Origin: a virus
Lineage: Duplodnaviria; Caudoviricetes
Virus record (IMG/VR): IMGVR_UViG_3300032753_002656
Span: 1 to 61,171 of that record
Length of the DNA stretch: 61,171 nt
Direction: 5' to 3' (one strand)
Part shown: piece by piece, positions 46,024 through 55,390 of the stretch
Layout of the letters: every line of letters starts with the position of its first letter
Position numbering within the stretch: position 1 is the stretch's first letter
The notes under the pieces: model-generated
Database searches by the model: none
The model's input: only the letters and a program-made list of their open reading frames with translations
Told to the model about the DNA's origin: nothing
Translations under genes and position numbers: made by a program

Positions 46024-46894
46024 TTCCCAGTTCTCTCCAAGTTCTTACTACTTGGTCCCTATCATCATATACTGCAATTATATTATATTTACCAAAAAGC
46101 ACATTTTCATAAATCTCCTTTTTTATCAAAGAATCCTTTCTATAATCATCCTTTGGCCTCATAAAAAGACCGTCATATTCTAATCCATAGAATTGTAACC
46201 ATTCTTCCGTCTTTGTTCTTGCAGATTCATCTCTTCCGGAGACAAAAATAACTTTATCTCCATTCTTTTTATGTAATTTGATTTGTCGTGCTATTACGAT
46301 ATCAATATCATCCTTATCTACTTGAAGCCAATCAAAAGGACCTCTTTTATTTGACATATGGGCAGTAGTACCATCAATATCAAAAATATAGGCATCGGGT
46401 AATTTAGGATCGAATATGGGCTCTTTGTAAATCTTAGCTCTTTTACTTATATGGGTGAAATTAAATGAAGCCAAAAGATTTTTGTAATCCTTGAACATTT
46501 TCTTTATAACAGCCTCACCCACCTTTTTTTCCCTTGCATTATCCCTCTCAATAGCCTTATCTATTGATATGTCAAATATTTGATACTCAACATCTGCTAC
46601 TTCCTCAACCATTTTAACAAGTTGCATTATGTAGCGGGATTTCAAATTGGTACTATCGATTATTACGTTTTGTTTGTATCTTAATGCGGTCAACACAGCA
46701 TCTCCTACCATCTCGGTTATCATATCCTCGATCTTAGGCTCGCATACTGGTGCATCTTTCGTCATAAATCGAAAGTCATCCCTATTGATTCTTGTCCAAT
46801 TTGGATTATTTTTAACATACGCCTTAGCCCATGTGGTTTTCCCGCTCGCAGGTATTCCCACTAGGAATTTAACCTTCAGTCCATCCTTTTTCAT
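45989..46894 (-). CDS. pseT: Polynucleotide 5'-kinase / 3'-phosphatase
   Basis: GIPASGKTT..RINRDDFR..DSTNL; FDIDGT..SGR..MRP.DDYRKD..K..YDDR. Confidence 0.92.
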   Translation of the reverse strand: MKKDGLKVKFLVGIPASGKTTWAKAYVKNNPNWTRINRDDFRFMTKDAPVCEPKIEDMITEMVGDAVLTALRYKQNVIIDSTNLKSRYIMQLVKMVEEVADVEYQIFDISIDKAIERDNAREKKVGEAVIKKMFKDYKNLLASFNFTHISKRAKIYKEPIFDPKLPDAYIFDIDGTTAHMSNKRGPFDWLQVDKDDIDIVIARQIKLHKKNGDKVIFVSGRDESARTKTEEWLQFYGLEYDGLFMRPKDDYRKDSLIKKEIYENVLFGKYNIIAVYDDRDQVVRTWRELGIKVFQVEYGNF

Positions 46895-46924
46895 CTTTAA
46901 TTAGGGTTACTCCTTATTTGTTGT

Positions 46925-47266
46925 TTATACCAACCTATTTTTCCAATTAGCCTCTTCGGCATGGATTATTGTAACGATAGAATTGGTGCCGTACTCCCCT
47001 TTTGGTACCAGCGTTTTGAAAAAATTAAAATCATCTCGTGTAATAACTTTATCTATTACATCTTCATATTGCTCATTGAGGGATTTGGAAGAATCTAGAC
47101 CTGTCATCCAGTTATCCTTTTTGCCCTTTTTCTTAATTATCTCGATCATCTTATCAACAATCCTTCTTTGGTCCGAAACATTAAAATTACTTGTTTTTTC
47201 AAGAAGTGTGGATTTCTCTGCTATGTCTCCACCGTGTTTAGTTTCAATTTTAATTACGTAACCCAT
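46925..47266 (-). CDS. Hypothetical protein
   Basis: 113 aa. Confidence 0.6.
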   Translation of the reverse strand: MGYVIKIETKHGGDIAEKSTLLEKTSNFNVSDQRRIVDKMIEIIKKKGKKDNWMTGLDSSKSLNEQYEDVIDKVITRDDFNFFKTLVPKGEYGTNSIVTIIHAEEANWKNRLV

Positions 47267-47283
47267 TGTTGTTTGTTTTATTG

Positions 47284-47583
47284 TTAAAATTTGTTGTTTG
47301 TTTGTTCTCTAAAAAATCTTTGATATTCTAATAATTGATCGTATGTTTCAATAGAATCATCTATAAGGTCCTCCAAATCTTCCTGGTCCGCTACCTTAAG
47401 TTTAAAATTTTCGATAAATCTTAGTATCTCTCCGCAATACATGCAAAGACTAAAATCACCTTCTTTAGGTTTCCTATCATCGTCAGCCGCAGATGTTGCT
47501 ACATCTAATTCATGTTTACATGCTGGACAATGTTGTAAATCATACGCAAATGAGTTACTCTTTGACTTGGCGCTATCTCCCAT
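47284..47583 (-). CDS. Zinc-ribbon protein
   Basis: CPAC..PKEGDFSLCMYCGE. Confidence 0.65.
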   Translation of the reverse strand: MGDSAKSKSNSFAYDLQHCPACKHELDVATSAADDDRKPKEGDFSLCMYCGEILRFIENFKLKVADQEDLEDLIDDSIETYDQLLEYQRFFREQTNNKF

Positions 47584-47623
47584 CGTATATAGTTTGACTC
47601 CCTAAAATTTTTTTTTGGAGTGT

Positions 47624-47833
47624 TTAAAAATCTTCGAAACTTTCCTTATAAAGGCTGTCTGACTCTTCATCAGCAAAAGTAAACCTGCCATCTTGTACTA
47701 CAAGCATTTTTACCTCTTCGAGCTTCTTAATAATCTCCTGCTTCTCATCTTGTATCTTTTTTGGAAGCACTGCAGTTTTTTCTGCTGCATCGATATAGGC
47801 TAATCGAATGATATTATTATTTTGGTCGCTCAT
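47624..47833 (-). CDS. Hypothetical protein
   Basis: 69 aa after a promoter. Confidence 0.55.
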   Translation of the reverse strand: MSDQNNNIIRLAYIDAAEKTAVLPKKIQDEKQEIIKKLEEVKMLVVQDGRFTFADEESDSLYKESFEDF

Positions 47834-47866
47834 ACTGATATTATTTACTCAATGAATTAATTTATG

Positions 47867-47926
47867 TAAAAGTAATGAAAAATTTCAAAATAAAACAAAC
47901 TAAATTGTTAAAAAAGCGTTAAAGAG
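47867..47926 (-). promoter_or_regulatory. Promoter variant (TACTTTTA) with TTAAC-N6-TTAAC box
   Basis: Sense CTCTTTAACGCTTTTTTAACAA..ATTTTGAAATTTTTCATTACTTTTACA. Confidence 0.65.
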
Positions 47927-47963
47927 TTCTTTTGGGTTTTTTAGTGTATTCCTCACACAAAAA

Positions 47964-48042
47964 TAGTAGAAAAGCTTGTTAAAGGGTTAGATAAACTCCA
48001 ATATTACATGGAAGACCCCAATACTTATACGCTTTCCTACTA
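47964..48042 (-). other. Long nested stem-loop in the 3' UTR of the VWA gene (candidate structured RNA)
   Basis: TAGTAGGAAAGC..GGGT..TCCA-loop-TGGA..ACCC..GCTTTTCTACTA; the outer stem closes with a G-U pair only on the minus strand. Confidence 0.45.
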
Positions 48043-48064
48043 CTTAGTTATTTATTTCTATTCT

Positions 48065-49171
48065 TTATGTATGTTCCAGCTCAAAAAGAAATTCCGTCCC
48101 TTGATCAAGTACCCTGGTATAGCTATTAGATTGAACGAATATTTTGTACTGATTCATCACTTCCGGTAAGCTTAGTGGAGATACCCCGCCCTTAGTTCCA
48201 AAAGGAACACCAAGTTGTTCACGGCACCAATTAGTATCGGCATTTGCTTCGCCTGTTACTTTGTCTACGAAGATCACTTCTTTATTGGCCTGGATAATTT
48301 CGCGGTTTGCTTTTCCGTCTGCCGTTCTTTCAATCAATTGGTAAAAACCTCTGCCTTTTTTGTAGGTAGCTCCTGAATCTTCTACAAATTTTTTGATAAC
48401 CGTTGCCTCAGCAACTGTCATTACCTGAAATTTGGAAAGTAGCTCAATCTTTTCGGCTGATAGGGAAGATGTTCCTGATGTAAGGCCGCGGAGTTTATTG
48501 AACATTGCCTTCAGTGCAATATTGCCGGTGAATGAAGGGTCTGTTTTTTGGTAGTCATCGAGCTGACCAGCTTGTTGATAGGCAATAGCATTAATGTACG
48601 TAACAATGTGTTGGAATTGTGAAAGATCCAATTTTGTACCGCCTGTCATTTTTGATATGCCTTCGTAAAAATATGTGCTGGTCCGATTTCCCATTGCCTG
48701 GACTCCATAAACTGGGATTCCCATCTCATTCAAGGCTTTTGCTTCTTCTTTCCAATCATGGATACAAGTTTGTATAGAGCCGTCGTATTTGGAACGTACC
48801 TGGTATCCCTTATTATGTGGGGTTTCATCCCCAATCATTACGAATGCTCGTTTGTCTGCTTTCCAGGAAAGGTTCCTCGCTGTATGCAATGCCAATTCAT
48901 AGCATTCGGGAGAATCCCCACCGCCACGTGGTGAATCCTGATCTATGAATTTTTTGATCTTTGCTACATCGGATGTAAAATCCATAACCAACATATGATT
49001 AGGAGCATCGCAGTAGTCATTCATTATGATGATGGAAAAACGGATACCCGGCAGGTCCTTAGATAACCGGTCTACCATTTCTTTTGCTTTTGCCCGTACC
49101 TGCATACGGACTGCGGCCATACTGCCAGTATCATCAAAGGATAGGCCTAAATCTATTTGTGGTGTTTCCAT
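48065..49171 (-). CDS. VWA-domain protein (third, unrelated family)
   Basis: FDDTGSM..DYCD..GGGDSPECYELAL..IGDETPH; C-terminal GRGFYQ..FVQSNSYTR. Confidence 0.85.
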   Translation of the reverse strand: METPQIDLGLSFDDTGSMAAVRMQVRAKAKEMVDRLSKDLPGIRFSIIIMNDYCDAPNHMLVMDFTSDVAKIKKFIDQDSPRGGGDSPECYELALHTARNLSWKADKRAFVMIGDETPHNKGYQVRSKYDGSIQTCIHDWKEEAKALNEMGIPVYGVQAMGNRTSTYFYEGISKMTGGTKLDLSQFQHIVTYINAIAYQQAGQLDDYQKTDPSFTGNIALKAMFNKLRGLTSGTSSLSAEKIELLSKFQVMTVAEATVIKKFVEDSGATYKKGRGFYQLIERTADGKANREIIQANKEVIFVDKVTGEANADTNWCREQLGVPFGTKGGVSPLSLPEVMNQYKIFVQSNSYTRVLDQGTEFLFELEHT

Positions 49172-49185
49172 AATAGTCCCCTCCT

Positions 49186-49620
49186 TTACTTTTTGGCAGT
49201 TGCTTTCTTTGCCACCACCTTTTTAGGTGGTACTGCAGCAGAAGCGGCTACGGGTGAAGATTTAGTTGATGTCATTTCATCGCCGCGGCTGACCAGCTCA
49301 TTAAGTAAGTCCTGAATAACATGGTCATTCATGAGACCGGCATATTTGGCCAAAAATTCCGTATTTGTTTCTTTGGCAGCAAATATATTGCTCATATAGT
49401 TTTTGGTATTTAACAGCAAAGCCCGGCGGATATGATGCGAATGCATGTCCTGAATTTTGATCAGACCGTCTGTTTTTGAATTATAATACCCCCGCGGCGT
49501 TAGAGAAAGACCGGTTAAAGCAAGACCCAATGTTTTGGCGACTGCTTGTAGTTCTTCAATGGTTCCAGTAAATTCCCGGCCATTTGAAAATTTGTGCGTT
49601 AAAACCTTTGTTGTGTCCAT
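49186..49620 (-). CDS. Hypothetical protein with histone-H1-like basic tail
   Basis: YYNSKTDGLIKIQDMHSHHIRRA; ends PPKKVVAKKATAKK. Confidence 0.7.
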   Translation of the reverse strand: MDTTKVLTHKFSNGREFTGTIEELQAVAKTLGLALTGLSLTPRGYYNSKTDGLIKIQDMHSHHIRRALLLNTKNYMSNIFAAKETNTEFLAKYAGLMNDHVIQDLLNELVSRGDEMTSTKSSPVAASAAVPPKKVVAKKATAKK

Positions 49621-49646
49621 AAAAAATTAATGATTTTTTGTGAATA

Positions 49647-49704
49647 CAAATGTAAATAAAAGTTTCAAAATAAAAAAATACTAATTGTTAAAGAAAATAT
49701 AAAA
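49647..49704 (-). promoter_or_regulatory. Bacteroidota-type promoter with TTAACA box
   Basis: Sense TTTTATATTTTCTTTAACAA..TTTTTTTATTTTGAAACTTTTATTTACATTTGTA. Confidence 0.75.
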
Positions 49705-49705
49705 T

Positions 49706-50008
49706 TTAAAAATTTTCAATGGACCTTTTTAGCCTCTGCGATATTGTTTCACCATTCCCACGAACTTTATTTGCTGTTCTTTGGTCTTTTGCCATAGCAT
49801 CTAATGGAACTTTATTTAAAAGAGCCCACATTTTTTCTACCTGTGAGGTTTCATCCCTAGAAACTAAAGAATTTGGTGAATTAATTTTCTCTTTATATGC
49901 CATTAAAAATTCGATTATTTTATCGACACGGGGATTCATTAAATCCTCTATTGGTCCACCAAAAAATTCGTTAAGTTTATGCTCTTTAAAGGTCTTTATT
50001 GTTTTCAT
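49706..50008 (-). CDS. Candidate head-internal protein
   Basis: Starts MKTIKTFKEHKLNE. Confidence 0.7.
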   Translation of the reverse strand: MKTIKTFKEHKLNEFFGGPIEDLMNPRVDKIIEFLMAYKEKINSPNSLVSRDETSQVEKMWALLNKVPLDAMAKDQRTANKVRGNGETISQRLKRSIENF

Positions 50009-50015
50009 TGAATTT

Positions 50016-50531
50016 TTATTTTATTACTCCGCCGCCATTACCAGTTCTTGGCTTAATTATATTGGTTGTTTCTGGTGTATTATAAGTAACCCTTGTTTGG
50101 TCATTACCATAATTCATAATTGCTTTATCTATTAAATGTACTTCTGCGAAGTAATATAGATTAGAAATTGGAGTATCTAAAACTTTTCTATTTCCTATTG
50201 AATCCTCTATAAAGGAAATAGTAGATTCTTTTGCTCTTTCCATATCATCGAATATAACCAAAGTTTTCTCCGTTGGTTCTTCCTGCAAAAATCTAGAAAA
50301 ACTTTTTCCCTTATCATCAATAGATTCAGCACTCATTACTATAACATGAAGACCTAATTTTTTAGCAATCATCTTCATGTGGGAAATAGTTCCTAAAGAT
50401 AATTGTTTTTCGACATATAAAGGCTTCTCTTGTTTTTTGCTAATAGCATCCTTAAGCATGGCTTCAAATGTACCAGGATCAAAGAGAGTATTTTCAACTA
50501 TAAAGCGACCAAAATTTTTAATAGGTTTCAT
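50016..50531 (-). CDS. Candidate head-internal protein with degenerate AAA+ fragment
   Basis: MKPIKNFGRFIVE; IAKKLG..LVIFDDMERA (Walker B-like) but no GxGKT; GATATATA at 50537-50544 (minus). Confidence 0.6.
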   Translation of the reverse strand: MKPIKNFGRFIVENTLFDPGTFEAMLKDAISKKQEKPLYVEKQLSLGTISHMKMIAKKLGLHVIVMSAESIDDKGKSFSRFLQEEPTEKTLVIFDDMERAKESTISFIEDSIGNRKVLDTPISNLYYFAEVHLIDKAIMNYGNDQTRVTYNTPETTNIIKPRTGNGGGVIK

Positions 50532-50535
50532 TTGT

Positions 50536-51591
50536 TTATATATCCTTCATAACCCCCATATCCTTAGCGTATTGAATTGTACTAGCTAATTCTTCAGATA
50601 TACCGGCAGCACATAGAATTTTTTCCCTGTGAGAAGAAGGAATTTTATCGATAATGGTGGGGTTCATAGAAACAAATGCGGCTATCTGATTTATCCAATC
50701 TTGATCAGATGGATTAGAAAACATGGAAACTAATAGCTTTGCAATGGGATTCTTCTCATATTCCTCGTCAGTAATAATATAGTTTTCTTTAATCCCCTTT
50801 ATTATAAGTTTTATAATTTTCTTTTCTGCTTCTTCCTTTGTATTAGCACCAACAACAATAGACAAGCCCCCAGTACTAATAGATTTATTAATACTTGGCG
50901 AACTTTTTATGCTTATTTGTAAGTTGTTGCGTAGCATTGCCATTTTTTTATACCAATCTTCCTTTGGAAGGTAGTCACCAAGAAAATTTTCCCAAAAACT
51001 ATATTGTGGGTTTTCATGATTGATTGGTATAAGATATCCTAAGGAAAATGTTGGCCTAAGATTTCCATCATTAACTATTCTTTTTTTGATCCCTAAAAAA
51101 GTAAATACTTCCGTCCATTTAGGATCTGTGAAAAGAGAATTTGTATTATGAATGTAATATCCTCTTCCTATAGATTCCATATACATAACAATTATATCAT
51201 CAATAGAAAATTCCTTACCTTTTGCAGGACAATTTTGGTCTTCTAACCATTTTTTTAGATCATTTCTTTTTACGTCTAATGGAGTTCTTTTTAAGATGCC
51301 TTTAATCCAAACATCTCCCAGCATTTCTTCCATTGTTGAATACCAGGTTTCTGAAAATGGTCTTCCATCACTTAGTGATGTGTAATACCATCTTCCATCA
51401 GGTAATTTTTTTAGAAAAGCATTACTCCCCACATCAATATAGAACCTTCCTGTAGATTTTAATAGGTAGCCATCCTCTAATTTCCTTCGGTATAGAATTG
51501 CACGGAGGTCTCTTCCTTTTTTTGTTGTCATTAATGCTTCCCTGAGTTCCTTATATTCAGGAAACATCTCATAAGGATCTTTTTTTGCCAT
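50536..51591 (-). CDS. Hypothetical protein
   Basis: 351-aa ORF. Confidence 0.7.
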   Translation of the reverse strand: MAKKDPYEMFPEYKELREALMTTKKGRDLRAILYRRKLEDGYLLKSTGRFYIDVGSNAFLKKLPDGRWYYTSLSDGRPFSETWYSTMEEMLGDVWIKGILKRTPLDVKRNDLKKWLEDQNCPAKGKEFSIDDIIVMYMESIGRGYYIHNTNSLFTDPKWTEVFTFLGIKKRIVNDGNLRPTFSLGYLIPINHENPQYSFWENFLGDYLPKEDWYKKMAMLRNNLQISIKSSPSINKSISTGGLSIVVGANTKEEAEKKIIKLIIKGIKENYIITDEEYEKNPIAKLLVSMFSNPSDQDWINQIAAFVSMNPTIIDKIPSSHREKILCAAGISEELASTIQYAKDMGVMKDI

Positions 51592-51905
51592 TATTGTAAA
51601 TTTTCTGAATCTGAATAGGCTTTCTTGTAAGAAGACCCGATTTTTGTATAAAGTTCATCTGGACTAAATCCAGGTAGTGAATTTCCAGTTATGTGGAATT
51701 GTTCAGAATCCCAATGGTGTTTAGAACACACAGTAATGCCATTAGAGGGTGCAAAGCCACCATTTGGCATCTCACTCCTATCAGTAATATGGTGTACATC
51801 TAAATTCTCGGTAACGTGACAAAAAACACACTTATTGCCATCCCTTTTAAGGCAACTTTGATTAAATATTACTTTCCAACGTTTCTGGTCCTGTTTGTTT
51901 CCCAT
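51591..51905 (-). CDS. Small HNH endonuclease
   Basis: RDGNKCVFC..LDVHHITDR..NGITVCSKHH. Confidence 0.8.
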   Translation of the reverse strand: MGNKQDQKRWKVIFNQSCLKRDGNKCVFCHVTENLDVHHITDRSEMPNGGFAPSNGITVCSKHHWDSEQFHITGNSLPGFSPDELYTKIGSSYKKAYSDSENLQ

Positions 51906-52815
51906 TATTTGGAGTTTTCTTGTGATGATGTTTGTGTCTTTCCTCGAACTTATCGATAGAGGAAGATATTTCTACACATAATTCGTAAATTGTTAAAATT
52001 AATGCCACATGACTAATAAATTCAATTATCAATGCGACAAAAGGAATTGTAAAAAATTCAATAGCTTTAACTATTCCAGCAGTAATTAATGATTCCGTGC
52101 CATGTTCTAGATATAGACCTATAATAGAAGCCATAACTGGTAAAACAAAGGAAGGGCCCCCTAATTTTGTAGTTATCCAAGAGAGTAGAGCTATTAATTT
52201 ATCTACTCCTTTAGAAGCAATTTCATGGATTTCTGTTAACCAAACAAAAGGTGGTTTTTCAGTTACCGTAATAACAACCTTATCAACAGACTCAACATTT
52301 AATGCTTCGTTTACCAATGATTCGGTAACACTTTTACTAAGAAAATGACTGCGTAAAGAATGAACTATATTGTTTATAAAACCAGCAAAAAAATCATTAG
52401 TATAGAAATTAAATACATTTTTACAGGTCCTAAGATCATTGACAAAAGCTATCCGATCTGCATTAATCTTTTCCTTAATTAAGTCTTCAATTTTTTTATC
52501 CTTTAGAAGTTTCTTTTTTATATTACTTCTTGCACTAGAGAAATATGTTGATAAATATTTAGTTAGATCGTTTTTAATTTTAGATAGGAAATCACTAATG
52601 TTTTTAGATATCCTAATGATACTATCTAAAACCTTCTTACCCCTTGTATTTATTCTATCAATAAAACTTTCGTTGATGTTATACTCGTTTAATTCATTAA
52701 TAGAAAGGTATTCTTTATCTCTTATTGGTAATGCTAAATACAAAGCTTCCCTCATTTTAATTTCAAAATTATCATTCTCGTCAAGGTATTCGCTAAAGTA
52801 TTTTATTCTTTCCAT
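51862..52815 (-). CDS. Candidate virion protein with capsid-targeting-like N-terminus and hydrophobic C-terminal helices
   Basis: MERIKYFSEYLDE (ATG 52815); repeated INE/VNE sites; TM-like segments near the C-terminus. Confidence 0.65.
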   Translation of the reverse strand: MERIKYFSEYLDENDNFEIKMREALYLALPIRDKEYLSINELNEYNINESFIDRINTRGKKVLDSIIRISKNISDFLSKIKNDLTKYLSTYFSSARSNIKKKLLKDKKIEDLIKEKINADRIAFVNDLRTCKNVFNFYTNDFFAGFINNIVHSLRSHFLSKSVTESLVNEALNVESVDKVVITVTEKPPFVWLTEIHEIASKGVDKLIALLSWITTKLGGPSFVLPVMASIIGLYLEHGTESLITAGIVKAIEFFTIPFVALIIEFISHVALILTIYELCVEISSSIDKFEERHKHHHKKTPNNGKQTGPETLESNI

Positions 52816-52853
52816 TTGTCTAATTGCCTTTTTCATATATATTCAAATGGCAA

Positions 52854-53153
52854 TTACTTAATTCTTATAAAAATTGGATCCTCATTTAGCCTTTCAATTA
52901 ATAAGGATTTACTCCAATAAAATTTAGGAGAGGATCCAGCATCCCATAATTTTATAATCCAATTATCCCCTCCCCCTGAAGATCCAACTTTTATATAAAA
53001 TCCATTTTGACCTTGATAAAGATCTGTATCAGAATCTATACATTTATAGCCTTCATTAAAAAGTAAACTATAAAGTTCCTGAAATCTTGGATTACCTATA
53101 TTTGATATAGGGCATTTAAAGAAAGTTGAGTTATAGAATCTTGGCTCTCTCAT
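52854..53153 (-). CDS. Small protein with FxRIK tail
   Basis: 99 aa; ends EDPIFIRIK*. Confidence 0.7.
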   Translation of the reverse strand: MREPRFYNSTFFKCPISNIGNPRFQELYSLLFNEGYKCIDSDTDLYQGQNGFYIKVGSSGGGDNWIIKLWDAGSSPKFYWSKSLLIERLNEDPIFIRIK

Positions 53154-53180
53154 TTATTTAATTCTATTAAAAGGTGGCAT
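53154..53180 (-). other. Tail-only mini-ORF MPPFNRIK (or -1-frame extension of the RNA ligase)
   Basis: ATG CCA CCT TTT AAT AGA ATT AAA TAA, directly followed by the ATG at 53153. Confidence 0.5.
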
Positions 53181-53197
53181 TTTGATAAATGTAAATT

Positions 53198-53845
53198 TTA
53201 TTCACCCGTATAAAGTGTTGCCCTTTTCCATGTTTTTGTCCAATGGTCCGATGTAGTGACGTGATTTGGACGAACCCATTTTAATACACATTCACCAAAA
53301 TCAGCATCAGGAAAACCTGCCTCTGTTCTAAATACAACACCCTCTCTTTTTCCTCCTAATGCGGATGGTTCCTTTGCTAATTTTTCTACCAATTCCTTTA
53401 ATTCTTTCTCACTATTAACTACTCCCCTAAATAAAACAGGAACAGTTATTAAATCGAATAAGAAAGCGTATTCTTCCACTTCTGGCCAGGAAAGCCAATT
53501 CATTTCTTCTCTAACTCCAAACATATAGAAGTAAGACCGTAATCTTTCATATTCGATACTATGAATACCCTCCATATTTTCTCCAAAAATATGAACACCC
53601 TCTGGTATTTGATGTCCAATCTTGGCATGAAGATCCCTAACTGCTCTAGACCAAGGAGATATAGTAAATGCTGCGTGACTACGAGCATATACACCGGGTT
53701 TTGTTTCCGATGTATTTTCACCATCAAGTTTTTCTGTTCCGATTATTGGAATTCCAATTAACCTATTCACAGAAGGAGCTATCCTGTCATCAGAAGTCGC
53801 ACCTGGCGAAAACGGAAAATGGTAAGTCCTCGGGAATTTACTCAT
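53198..53845 (-). CDS. RNA ligase (nucleotidyltransferase family)
   Basis: KFPRTYH, TEKLDGEN, FGEN, FYMFG, REGVVFR, LKWVR; start moved to ATG 53845. Confidence 0.85.
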   Translation of the reverse strand: MSKFPRTYHFPFSPGATSDDRIAPSVNRLIGIPIIGTEKLDGENTSETKPGVYARSHAAFTISPWSRAVRDLHAKIGHQIPEGVHIFGENMEGIHSIEYERLRSYFYMFGVREEMNWLSWPEVEEYAFLFDLITVPVLFRGVVNSEKELKELVEKLAKEPSALGGKREGVVFRTEAGFPDADFGECVLKWVRPNHVTTSDHWTKTWKRATLYTGE

Positions 53846-53860
53846 TAAAATTAATTTTAG

Positions 53861-53900
53861 CAAAAATAATGAAAAGTTTCTGAATTAATGAATAAATTTT
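53861..53900 (-). promoter_or_regulatory. Bacteroidota-type promoter of the RNA ligase
   Basis: Sense TAATTCAGAAACTTTTCATTATTTTTGC. Confidence 0.7.
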
Positions 53901-53954
53901 AATCTAATATGATATATTCCCGTGTATTTTTAGATATATAAATAAAACCAAATT

Positions 53955-54878
53955 ATGACAGGAATAATATACAAAATTACTTCGCCAAGTAACAAAGTCT
54001 ATATAGGACAAACCACTGAAATAAGTATAGAGAGAAGATACAAGGGTGGGGTTGATAGGAATCAAAGAAAGTTATATAATTCTGTAAATAAGTATGGATG
54101 GGATTCACACATAAAGGAAATAATTGAATCAATTGAATTCACAGATATAAAAGAATTAGATACAAGGGAAACTTATTGGATTAGATTTTATAATTCAATC
54201 ATAGAGGGATTAAATTGCAGGGAGGGAGGAAATAATGGGTTTCTATCGGAGGAATCCAAATTGAGAATATCTAATAGTGTTAAGGAGTATATAAAAAATA
54301 ATGGGATTTTTTGGGAAGGTAGAAAACATACACAACATTCATTAGATCTAATATCAAAAAATAGGGCCGGTAAATTAAAGGGGAAAGACCATTTTTATTA
54401 TGGTAAAAAAAGAACAGAAGAAGTAAAGGAAAAACTTAGTAAAGCTCTTAGCGGAGAGAAAAACCCAAATTTTGGAAAACCCCGAAATATAGAGACCAAA
54501 AATAAGATAGGAAAAGCTAATGCAGGGATTAATAATGGTATGTATGGTAAAAAATTTAAAAGAACAGAGGATCAAATTAATAACCTTAGCCAAGGACTTT
54601 TAAATTCCAATAAATTAAAAGAATCCAGAAATACTAAAGAATATAAGGAAAAGCTATCTAAACATTTTTCTAAACCCGTTTTATTATTAGATATGGAATT
54701 TAATATAATCCAGGAATTTATAAATGCAGAAGCATGTGCAATTTTTTTAGGATACAAAAAATCAAATATACATCATGCTATAAAGGATTTAAGAAAAACT
54801 GGTAAAGGTGTTAAATATTGGGTAATCTCCAAAGATAACTATTTAATATCAATAGAAAAAATTAAATCTAAGAATTAG
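53955..54878 (+). mobile_element. Free-standing GIY-YIG homing endonuclease with NUMOD3 repeats
   Basis: GIIYKITSPSNKVYIGQT..E..WI..GLN; GEKNPNFGK / GINNGMYGK repeats; GATATATA at 53933-53940. Confidence 0.9.
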
Positions 54879-54915
54879 TATTAGTTTTACGTATAAATGA
54901 ACTAGAACATCATAA

Positions 54916-55284
54916 TTAGGAGAGAAAAATATTTGCTGTATATGGTTCAGTAGTAATTCTTTGAATAGGATTTCCCCAATGAGTAGTTCCATAAAAAATA
55001 ACTTTAATATACTTATCTGTTGTGTTAATCATATCAATTTTCTTTTCTAAAACTCCCTCAATTTCTACAGTTAAAATACCAGTATAAGACTTTTCTGTGT
55101 TATTTTTATCAACAAACTTTAATATTATTTGTTGGTTTTCATATTGCTTGTATACACAAGCAGGAGAAGGATAGCTAATAAATAAATTATTAGCTTCCGG
55201 ATAAAAAATGATCCTGTTTTGTTTTTCTTCTATCAATATATTATGATTTATATCTAAAATAACAATTTCTACCAATTCTTTCAT
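54916..55284 (-). CDS. Hypothetical protein
   Basis: Start moved to ATG 55284 (MKELVEI) after a promoter. Confidence 0.55.
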   Translation of the reverse strand: MKELVEIVILDINHNILIEEKQNRIIFYPEANNLFISYPSPACVYKQYENQQIILKFVDKNNTEKSYTGILTVEIEGVLEKKIDMINTTDKYIKVIFYGTTHWGNPIQRITTEPYTANIFLS

Positions 55285-55296
55285 AAAGATTATATA

Positions 55297-55335
55297 CAAA
55301 TGTAATGAAAAGTTTCTGTAATAAAAAATATTTTT
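55297..55335 (-). promoter_or_regulatory. Bacteroidota-type promoter
   Basis: Sense TTTTTTATTACAGAAACTTTTCATTACATTTGTA. Confidence 0.75.
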
Positions 55336-55390
55336 TTGATATATATGAAACAAACAATATTTTTTCCGCTATAGAGAAAAAAATATAACT

